Below, one piece after another: positions 10,107-17,361 of a stretch of DNA of 45,319 bases (its first letter is position 1; the number at the start of each line of letters is the position of its first letter). Source of the stretch: a virus; IMG/VR virus record IMGVR_UViG_3300045988_147626, positions 1-45,319 of that record. One strand, written 5' to 3'. The position numbers and the translations under genes were made by a program. A model generated the notes under the pieces. That model ran no database searches. It worked only from the letters and a program-made list of their open reading frames with translations, and was not told the DNA's origin.

Positions 10107-10521
10107 TGGAATTTTGTTAAAGCATGGTGCCGGTGTGGATAATACGGATTTGACCGCGGTATCGGGGGATGTCCTGGAAGGAGAGAAATTCTTGGGAGCT
10201 GACAGCAAGGAAGCGCAGATGGGAGCGATGAAACGGATAACGGCGGTTGATAAGTCAATGACCGTCAATGAGACTTACAACATCCCTGCTGGATATCATG
10301 ATGGTACGGATTCTTTCCATCAGTCAGGGATTCCAGTTGAGGATGGTCCGCAGATTGATCCAGGCAGCGGTGGAATTACTGTAAATGTAAAAGGAAAATA
10401 CCTGCAGAGTAATGCAGTTCTTATGTCGGTGGAGAACCTACGACCAGAAGTGATAAAGTACGGGGTTCAAATCGGAGATATTACGGGAAATTATCAAGGA
10501 TTTCCAGATGAGGAGGGGTAA
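10099..10521 (+). CDS. Tail fibre-associated protein, paralogous to the N-terminus of the next gene
   Basis: Shares LTA..VLEG.KF.G, IPAG.Y.GG and NL.PE.IK.G....G...GF motifs with residues 1-135 of ORF 10524..11456. Confidence 0.5.
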   Translation: MADGILLKHGAGVDNTDLTAVSGDVLEGEKFLGADSKEAQMGAMKRITAVDKSMTVNETYNIPAGYHDGTDSFHQSGIPVEDGPQIDPGSGGITVNVKGKYLQSNAVLMSVENLRPEVIKYGVQIGDITGNYQGFPDEEG

Positions 10522-10523
10522 CG

Positions 10524-11456
10524 GTGGATGGATTGCTGGATATGGTGGTGCAGAGCGCAGATTTTGATGCGCTGACAGCGACACCGGAAATGGTATTGGA
10601 AAAGAAAAAATTCATTGGTCCAGATGGCGCCATCAGTGTAGGTACAATGCCTGATAGGGGTTCCCCTACGATTTCCCTTCCTTTGAATGGAACAGCGTCA
10701 ATACCGGCAGGAAAATACAGTGGAGGAAAGGTTACGCAGAATATCCCGGCAATGGGAGATTATACAATCTATCCGACCAGTAAGGAACAGCAGATTCCAA
10801 CAAAAGGGGTCTATATGGGTGGAAACATCATCGTTCCCAAGCTGAGCAATCTGGTGCCGGAGAATATCAAAGAAGGGGAATACGTCGGCGGCGTCGGGCC
10901 GGGAACCTGGAAAGGGTTTGTGGTGAATGATCCGTATACGCTGTATTATCGGGGAACGTTTGACCCGGGGCAGAGTATAAAAATACTTAAATCATACAGC
11001 AATTCACATACGGTGAATCCTACATATGAAGAAAAGTATATTTACTTAGCGCCTGATGGACGTTTGACGGAACAGTTTTGCAGATTTAATCCTATTGATA
11101 TAACGGGAAAGAAAACATTAATAATTGAATATACGGTTTATTTGAAAGCGATAGCATACAATACTTGCTATATGAAGCCGTTTTTAACTACGTTTGATCC
11201 AGATGATGGAAGTGGGGGGCGATTGGATGTTCTCGGAGATAAAAATTTGTTGGGAATAACGACGTTGGGAAGAGATACTAAATATACGGCGCCAACCGCT
11301 GTAAGTGGTGATGGAGCTCATGATGGTGATCAAATAGAAAGTCTTCGGGTGGATGTATCATCTTTTTCACGAACGGTATATCTTTCCTTGTATGTATCTA
11401 TGACAAAATATGAGAAGTATGCTTGGTTTAAAATTCATAGCATAAAATTCGAATAA
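10524..11456 (+). CDS. Tail fibre / receptor-binding-like protein (310 aa)
   Basis: GTG start. The N-terminal domain is paralogous to the upstream gene. The C-terminal half is AT-rich and beta-rich. Confidence 0.55.
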   Translation: MDGLLDMVVQSADFDALTATPEMVLEKKKFIGPDGAISVGTMPDRGSPTISLPLNGTASIPAGKYSGGKVTQNIPAMGDYTIYPTSKEQQIPTKGVYMGGNIIVPKLSNLVPENIKEGEYVGGVGPGTWKGFVVNDPYTLYYRGTFDPGQSIKILKSYSNSHTVNPTYEEKYIYLAPDGRLTEQFCRFNPIDITGKKTLIIEYTVYLKAIAYNTCYMKPFLTTFDPDDGSGGRLDVLGDKNLLGITTLGRDTKYTAPTAVSGDGAHDGDQIESLRVDVSSFSRTVYLSLYVSMTKYEKYAWFKIHSIKFE

Positions 11457-11469
11457 AGGAGAAATCAAT

Positions 11470-12084
11470 ATGGGAATGAATGATAAACACAATTACGATC
11501 CAACAAAATGGGTAGACAATAGCGAACCGGATATTGATGCAGAACATTTGAATAAAATTGAATCAGCGCTACAAGAATACGGTGTCAGCATTGATGAGCT
11601 GGCGGCGGCAGGGGGTACCGCCGCGAAAGTCAAGACTACCGATACATACGGTTTGGTAGTGAGTGCCTTGGGGGAGAGTACAGCGCAAGTGCTGATCGAT
11701 GCGATCGCCAATAAGGTTGTGAATGAGCTTATCAATAAAAATAAGATTGTAAACAACCTTCTGGCGACGGATGCCTCCACCGTTCTGGCGGGAACGCAGG
11801 GCACGGCGCTGGATAAAAGGTTGGTGGCGGCGGAGAAAGCGGTTACTCAGTTAAATAGTGATATTAAAATTAAATTTTATGGCAAAGTTACAGATTTATC
11901 AGTAATAAAAACACTTTGTCAACAAGAATATGAATGTTGGGTTGGCTATATTGATTGGAAGAATACTGAAATCTTGCCCTCTACTGGTGGTACTATGCTT
12001 TGGTTTGCATTTGATTGGATAGTATGTGGGTTATGTTATGGAAAGATGTTTTATTTAAATATGGATACTCTTACATGGTCTTAA
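11470..12084 (+). CDS. Tail fibre protein: constant N-terminal part plus the currently expressed variable C-terminal cassette
   Basis: GGAGA RBS. The N-terminal W..NSEPDIDAEHLNKIE motif is fibre-like. The recombination core TTAAATAGTGA lies at codons 128-131, and composition turns AT-rich after 11861. Confidence 0.75.
   Translation: MGMNDKHNYDPTKWVDNSEPDIDAEHLNKIESALQEYGVSIDELAAAGGTAAKVKTTDTYGLVVSALGESTAQVLIDAIANKVVNELINKNKIVNNLLATDASTVLAGTQGTALDKRLVAAEKAVTQLNSDIKIKFYGKVTDLSVIKTLCQQEYECWVGYIDWKNTEILPSTGGTMLWFAFDWIVCGLCYGKMFYLNMDTLTWS
11851..11861 (+). repeat. Inversion core site S0 (TTAAATAGTGA) inside the fibre gene
   Basis: Direct reading. Its reverse complement occurs four times at 13.6-14.7 kb. 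Confidence 0.8.
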
Positions 12085-12189
12085 GTTTAAATATTCTCAT
12101 CTATTATTAAATAACAATTTCATAAAGAAAATTTTACAGAATCTCTCCGTTTTGGTACCTTAAAAGTGTCAGAAAGGAGAAATTTTTAT

Positions 12190-13212
12190 ATGGTAGAAGA
12201 GTTATTGATGAATGTGGTAAATGCAATGAGTAATTGCTTGGATGAAGAGCAGTTGGACAAGCTGCAGAATGTCCTGTACATCAATTTCCACGATGTGAGA
12301 GTAGTAGAAGAGAAGAATGAGCTCCAGGCGACCGGCACCGACAGCGACACCGCAAAGATGCGGTTATTTGTGGCATCTAAAAAAGTGTCAGGTAGGCAAG
12401 ACAATACATTGGCTCAGTACATCAGGGAGATCACTAATTGCCGTAACGCGCTGCGAAAGAATATTGAGGATATCACTACGATGGATCTACGCTGGTACTT
12501 TGGAATGCTCCGGGAGCGGAACAAAATCAGTATGGTTACGCTGCAGGGGCGGATGCGATATCTAAACAGCTTCTGGACCTTTCTACAAAAAGAAAATCTT
12601 GTAAAGGACAACCCAGTGGCGCGAATCGAGTCACTCCGGATCGAAAGCACCATCAAAAAAGCGTTTTCGGCACAGGAACTGGAAGCCCTCCGGATCGCCT
12701 GTGAGCGTCCGCGGGATAGAGCACTGATAGAGTTTTTGTATGCGACGGGAGTGCGTGTGTCCGAGCTATGCAGCTTAAGTGTAGGAGATATAGATTTATA
12801 CAAACAGGAGTTCAAAGTTATGGGTAAGGGCCGCAAGGAGAGGAGATTATACGTCTCAGACGTAGCTTGCTTTCATCTCTACCGATATCTGAGGTGGAGA
12901 ATGGCAAAAGAGGGGCTGACGATGGAAGAATTGGCACAGAAACCGCTTTTTGTATCTGCGAAGAAGCCATATAGCCGCATGACAGTGGCGGGAGTGCAGT
13001 ATCTAGTGAAAACTTTAGGAAAGAAAGCGGGAGTTGGAAATGTGCATCCGCATCGATTCCGCCGAACCTTTGCGACGGATCTGCTCAACCGAGGAATGCG
13101 GATCGAGGAGGTCATGGTGCTGATGGGGCATACAAAGATAGAGACCACATTAATTTACTGCAATATCAAGCAGGATAACGTGAGAGAGTCTTATCGTAAA
13201 TATGCAGCGTAG
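12190..13212 (+). CDS. Tyrosine site-specific recombinase (XerC/XerD/Rci-like), candidate shufflon invertase
   Basis: Catalytic signature ATGVRVSEL (R), HPHRFRRTF (H-x-x-R) and MGHTKIETTLIY (H...Y). ATG at 12190 follows AAAGGAGA, whereas the track start 12166 is a GTG upstream of the RBS. Confidence 0.9.
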   Translation: MVEELLMNVVNAMSNCLDEEQLDKLQNVLYINFHDVRVVEEKNELQATGTDSDTAKMRLFVASKKVSGRQDNTLAQYIREITNCRNALRKNIEDITTMDLRWYFGMLRERNKISMVTLQGRMRYLNSFWTFLQKENLVKDNPVARIESLRIESTIKKAFSAQELEALRIACERPRDRALIEFLYATGVRVSELCSLSVGDIDLYKQEFKVMGKGRKERRLYVSDVACFHLYRYLRWRMAKEGLTMEELAQKPLFVSAKKPYSRMTVAGVQYLVKTLGKKAGVGNVHPHRFRRTFATDLLNRGMRIEEVMVLMGHTKIETTLIYCNIKQDNVRESYRKYAA

Positions 13213-13355
13213 ATAGGAGAGAAGAGCACCTTTTTAGGTCGGCAGAAATGGCGGCTTTTTTGTTGTACGCAAAAATAGGAGATAGGAGAGGGTAGGGGAA
13301 TAAGTGATGGACGGTGGCAAAAATAGAGTAAGTTTTTCGCTATTAAATTGTTATT

Positions 13356-13623
13356 TCAAGATGCCGTATATATGTCAGTTAAAACGGTTCCATTGTGTCG
13401 GTAAACTTTGATTGAGCCCCAGGAGTTGATCAGCAAAATACTTCCTTTGGCATTATCGTATTTATTGATAAGCCCGATCCATGCCTCGGCAGAATTTCGG
13501 TACAGAAGTGCAGCTACACCAGTTTTAAAAGTATTCCAATTAGCATACATGTCATTTTTTATGCCGTTACTGTCGTTGGCACTGACAGTATGAAGAGCAT
13601 TGGTAAATAAGGCCTCACTATTT
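13356..13623 (-). other. Silent fibre C-terminal cassette 1 with site S1 (core 13615..13623)
   Basis: The minus strand reads AAT AGT GAG and stays open for 88 codons to TGA at 13356..13358. There is no RBS or start at the site. Confidence 0.7.
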
Positions 13624-13998
13624 CACTTAATTTTAATCGCCCATATTTCGTATTGAATCGTGATAGGCGAATCAGCCCAGCAGAAAAAATATAAAGTGGT
13701 TTCCTTGGAAAACCCCATAGCAAAGGTATTATTACATGAACGATATTCAGTCACATCATTACGTGCTGTGGTTGTGGGAATGTTTAAGGCTTTTTCATAT
13801 AAAGGTAGATCTTGTTTGAAGGTATCTATTCTCGTATCAAGATATATGCTGTTTGAGCAGTTTACATCAGAGCGCTGCCCTATGATGTATGTGCCAGCAG
13901 GAAGCGTTATTGATTTTGTTCCTCGAGTCCATGAATTTATGACAGAAACATTATATGTTTCCAATGAGCTCCAATACTGTTTTCCCAGGTCACTATTT
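13623..13998 (-). other. Silent fibre C-terminal cassette 2 with site S2 (core 13990..13998)
   Basis: The minus strand reads TTA AAT AGT GAC and stays open for 124 codons. Its TGA stop (13623..13625) abuts site S1. Confidence 0.7.
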
Positions 13999-14021
13999 AA
14001 TGGGGACAACCCTTTGGCATA

Positions 14022-14382
14022 TTATCCTATTTTTAAATACGTAACTGCTTTTAAAGCCAAATTATTAAATATCTGTGAACTACCTTTGAACAAGATACGA
14101 AACGTTACGGTTCCGGTATTCGAATCGAACGAAGCCTGAATTGTGCTTTTCCAATAAGGATCATCCGTAAATGTGTTTGCCACTGTCGTTCCATATGTGC
14201 GACCATTGCCTGTTAAGATAAGTATGTCGTATACTGCAGATTCAAAAGCCAAACTTACCATATTTGCGCCGATTAAACTATTGTGCTGATATTTATAGTC
14301 CGTATTTATTGCGCTTGGAATTACATTTATCCATAGTGTTTTAGGTGTGGCATTGTTCCAGCGGGCAGAGGTCTCACTATTT
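14022..14382 (-). other. Silent fibre C-terminal cassette 3 with site S3 (core 14374..14382)
   Basis: The minus strand reads TTA AAT AGT GAG and stays open for 119 codons. This frame runs into track ORF 14022..14261. Confidence 0.7.
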
Positions 14383-14714
14383 AACTTGCTACAAGTCTAT
14401 TCCAGGATTCCCAAGTGGTCGGGGTGTAGTTTATGTTTCTTCGAAAATAAATAGCTTTATCACTCGAATCAGTTGAAATGGCAAATTGCGTGATCCAAGC
14501 GGTCGAACTATTTCCAAAGTCGTTGGATGTGTTAAAGGTTATTATGATCCAATAGCCCTCAAACGGAAGATTTAAACCTGTTTTGCCTGTTTTGTAGATT
14601 CCACTCGCCAACATGTAATTAGCATTAGTGTAATATTGATATCTCGATTGAAAAGCAGCGCAAAAGCTATTTTCGCTACCACTTGCTATAAGGTGACTGG
14701 AGGCTTCACTATTT
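14381..14714 (-). other. Silent fibre C-terminal cassette 4 with site S4 (core 14706..14714)
   Basis: The minus strand reads CAA AAT AGT GAA and stays open for 110 codons. Its TAA stop (14381..14383) lies inside site S3. Confidence 0.7.
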
Positions 14715-14789
14715 TGTGGAGAGAACCAGAAATGATACATCATGCTAATATAAAATAAGTAAATCCTATTAATAAGGAGGAAAAATATT

Positions 14790-15167
14790 ATGGATAAAAT
14801 GATTCTCAAAGACAACACAACAGTCGAACTGCAGACAGGAGCATCCCTGTCAGCGGTAACAGCCAAGTTTGACAGCAAGGATGCTATGCTGGAAACTTGG
14901 AAAACACTGACTCTGGAAAATCTGGCAGAAGTAAAATTCCAGAATAATGCTGGAATGACTGTCGGGACATATACGGACTTGATTCTTGAATCTGAAACCT
15001 CGCAGGAAGTATCTGATGGCGTACAGACCACGTTTTCTTTCCGTGAGAAAACCGATACGGAAAAACGTTTGGATGCCCTGGAAGAGGGACAGGCGGTGCA
15101 AGATGAGGCGATCAATGATCTTGGAACAGCGACAAGCGAACTGGCAGAGAAAGAAGGTGTAGAGTAA
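14790..15167 (+). CDS. Hypothetical protein upstream of the lysis cassette (125 aa)
   Basis: AAGGAGG RBS. Acidic protein in the position commonly occupied by small conserved pre-holin genes in Firmicutes phages. Confidence 0.6.
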   Translation: MDKMILKDNTTVELQTGASLSAVTAKFDSKDAMLETWKTLTLENLAEVKFQNNAGMTVGTYTDLILESETSQEVSDGVQTTFSFREKTDTEKRLDALEEGQAVQDEAINDLGTATSELAEKEGVE

Positions 15168-15289
15168 TGGGTGCGTTTTATGGGAAAAGAATCAGAAGCG
15201 GGAAAATGACACTGGAAGAGGTGCCGACTTACTGGAAAAAAGCGACTGAAAAATGGCTGAAAGAACATCCGGAGGAGGCGGAAAGATGA
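15167..15289 (+). CDS. Small XkdX/CD1375-like protein (40 aa)
   Basis: Not in the track because it is under 60 aa. Its ATG overlaps the upstream TAA. The sequence MGAFYGKRIRSGKMTLEEVPTYWKKATEKWL resembles small pre-holin proteins. Its stop overlaps the holin ATG. Confidence 0.45.
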   Translation: MGAFYGKRIRSGKMTLEEVPTYWKKATEKWLKEHPEEAER

Positions 15290-15774
15290 GTAGAAATGCG
15301 TGCGTAACAATGCAGATGCTGGCGACCGGATTGGTGGCCTACCTCAGCGACAAGCTGGGAGTTACTTTTTATTTGCTGGGGTTGCTTCTGGCTCTCATGG
15401 TGATTGATTATCTGTCCGGTATGGCAGCAAGCAGGGTAGAGGCGTTGGAGCATCCAAACGATAAGACTTATGGGTGGAGTAGCCGCAAGGGGGCGATCGG
15501 GATCGCCAAAAAAGTGGCTTATCTGTTTGTGATCGCGGTGGCGATGGTAATTGATTACGTTATTATCCAGACATCAAGTGTGCTGGGAGCATCGCTGCCT
15601 AATACGATGCTGTCATTACTGGTAACGGTCTGGTATTTACTCAATGAGGCATTGTCGATTACTGAAAATGCCGGGCGCATGGGAGCACCAGTGCCGGAAT
15701 GGCTTGCAAAATACATAGCCGTCCTTAAAAACAAGATTGACAGCAAAGGCGAAAACGGAGACAACCATGCATAG
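15286..15774 (+). CDS. Holin (phage_holin_4 / TcdE-like family)
   Basis: ATG at 15286 in an ATGA overlap. Three hydrophobic segments. The LLNEALSITENAGRMGAPVPEWL motif is typical of this holin family. Confidence 0.8.
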   Translation: MSRNACVTMQMLATGLVAYLSDKLGVTFYLLGLLLALMVIDYLSGMAASRVEALEHPNDKTYGWSSRKGAIGIAKKVAYLFVIAVAMVIDYVIIQTSSVLGASLPNTMLSLLVTVWYLLNEALSITENAGRMGAPVPEWLAKYIAVLKNKIDSKGENGDNHA

Positions 15775-15891
15775 AAGGAGGTGATCCGGATATCTCCCGC
15801 GGCAGCCTGGGTCATGGCTGCCATTGCGATATCGCAACAGGGCGGACCTAGTTCCGCTCCTTACATATTATAAAGAAAAGAGGACAAATCA

Positions 15892-16215
15892 ATGATGAAA
15901 GCAATGTTATCTCAGCCGATGGCTGGAAAAACGGATGAGGAAATTATCGCAACCAGAGAAAAGGCGATCAAGGCGCTGGAGGCGCGGGGATACGAGATCG
16001 TGAATACCCTGTTTACAGATGAGTGGTACAACCGTGAAAACATGGAGAAACGCGGCGTGGTGCAGATCCCGCTTTGCTTCCTTGCAAAGTCACTGGAAAA
16101 TATGTCTCTGTGTCATGCGGCGTATTTTTGTAAAGGATGGGAACAAGCGCGGGGCTGCCGGTTAGAGCACGAGGCGGCTGTAGCTTACGGTCTGACTGTT
16201 ATTTATGAGGAGTGA
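15892..16215 (+). CDS. DUF4406-like (nucleoside 2-deoxyribosyltransferase-fold) protein
   Basis: 107 aa. N-terminal LSQPMAGKTDEE and C-terminal GWEQARGCRLEHEAAVAYGLTV resemble DUF4406. The family call needs HMM confirmation. Confidence 0.55.
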   Translation: MMKAMLSQPMAGKTDEEIIATREKAIKALEARGYEIVNTLFTDEWYNRENMEKRGVVQIPLCFLAKSLENMSLCHAAYFCKGWEQARGCRLEHEAAVAYGLTVIYEE

Positions 16216-16219
16216 GATT

Positions 16220-17062
16220 ATGAGAGATATTACATTATGCCATCCGCGTCTCCAGACCCTGACTGCGCAGCTCGTCGATAAGTGTGCCGGTGCAGGTTTG
16301 CCGATTAAAATCGGGGAATCTTTCCGGAGCGTCGCCGAACAGGACGCTCTGTATGCACAAGGACGCACGCAGCCGGGCAGTATTGTCACGAATGCAAAAG
16401 GCAGCAGCTACAGCAGTCAGCACCAGTGGGGCATCGCAGCGGATTTTTACCGCGCTGACGGAAAAGGTGCATACAACGAAGCAGGAGATTATTTCAATCG
16501 GGTTGGAGCGATCGCCAAGCAGCTGGGGCTTGCATGGGGAGGCGATTGGAAAAGCATCGTAGACAAGCCACACGTATATTTGCCGGATTGGGGCAGCGGT
16601 ACTGGGATTTTGAAACAGAAATATGGGACATTTGAGGCGTTTAAAAAGACCTGGGCGGTGGAGAACAGCACGGTACCAGAACAGTCAAAAATGGTGATCG
16701 CCGATCTTAAAGAAATTAAGAGCGGCATACGCGGGTTGAGAGTCACTGCGTCCTCACTTATCATACGAACAACTCCAAACGGTACAGACACAGGCAAGCG
16801 CTACACCAAGGATCAGCGTGTGCAACCAATTAATAAATGCTTTGCCGACGGCGATCCGTGGATCCAGACCGCAGACGGCTGGATATCCGGTAAATACCTT
16901 GAGGGCTGGCTTTTACAGGATGGGAGCTGGTGGTATCTACTGAGTGGTTACACCTACCACCATGATACGGTCTACTTGATTGACGGACAGGCGTATGCGT
17001 TTGATTCGGATGGCTGGATGATTACCGCAGATCGGATAGCAGAGGACGGACACATACGATAA
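16220..17062 (+). CDS. Endolysin: M15 (VanY-like) peptidase with SH3b-like and cell-wall-binding repeat C-terminus
   Basis: Motifs ESFRSVAEQDALYAQGRT, SQHQWGIAADF and WGGDW. C-terminal GSWWYL...DGQAYAFDSDGWM repeats. ATG at 16220 follows AGGAG. Confidence 0.85.
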   Translation: MRDITLCHPRLQTLTAQLVDKCAGAGLPIKIGESFRSVAEQDALYAQGRTQPGSIVTNAKGSSYSSQHQWGIAADFYRADGKGAYNEAGDYFNRVGAIAKQLGLAWGGDWKSIVDKPHVYLPDWGSGTGILKQKYGTFEAFKKTWAVENSTVPEQSKMVIADLKEIKSGIRGLRVTASSLIIRTTPNGTDTGKRYTKDQRVQPINKCFADGDPWIQTADGWISGKYLEGWLLQDGSWWYLLSGYTYHHDTVYLIDGQAYAFDSDGWMITADRIAEDGHIR

Positions 17063-17095
17063 AATATGATGAAAAACACAATATAAGCGCATAAT

Positions 17096-17142
17096 AAGGG
17101 GCTGTCATTCCTTGAAAATAAAGGAAAAACAGCCCCTTTTTT
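17096..17142 (+). terminator. Rho-independent terminator after the endolysin gene
   Basis: AAGGGGCTGT (17096..17105) pairs with ACAGCCCCTT (17129..17138), followed by a T run. Confidence 0.8.
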
Positions 17143-17361
17143 CGTGTGATATTTCGTGTGATATTTACCCCGAAAAAGGGGTTCAAAATGCCGAAAATGG
17201 CATTCGCAAAGAAGTTCCTTAAAACACCGAGAACCCTTGTAAATAAAGGAAAAATCCAATATTTACAAGGGCTCCTGCGAGTGGACCAGACGGGAGTTGA
17301 ACCCGCCCAAAACCCTTGATTTTAAAGGTTCTTTAAGCATCGTGTGATATTTCGTGTGATA
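17142..17361. other. Candidate attP: tRNA 3-prime-like core flanked by arm-type repeats
   Basis: On the minus strand, 17282..17306 reads GCGGGTTCAACTCCCGTCTGGTCCA (T-arm plus acceptor 3-prime strand). The 10-mer TCGTGTGATA occurs four times (17142, 17154, 17340, 17352). A 12-bp inverted repeat lies at 17234..17245 / 17260..17271. Confidence 0.55.

Noticed and set aside
11863-11873. ATTAAAATTAA just after site S0 also occurs (reverse complement) at 13626..13636 next to site S1, encoding IKIK in both
   Set aside because: It is an 11-mer of low complexity in AT-rich DNA. It is not present at the other three sites, so I do not count it as part of the recombination site. It could be a trace of a past exchange.
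14715-15310. Upstream two thirds of the 309-aa minus-strand ORF 14381..15310
   Set aside because: Only the part downstream of site S4 (14381..14714) behaves like a fibre cassette. The remainder is antisense to the well-supported plus-strand genes 14790..15167, 15167..15289 and the holin start.
15775-15873. 13-nt perfect anti-SD complement AAGGAGGTGATCC right after the holin TAG stop, and a 32-codon in-frame open extension (hydrophobic AAAWVMAAIAI)
   Set aside because: No start codon lies at a usable distance from the SD (only a GTG inside it). There is no suppressor tRNA and no other sign of TAG read-through or recoding in the genome, because all other genes terminate normally. I treat it as non-coding spacer with a hairpin.
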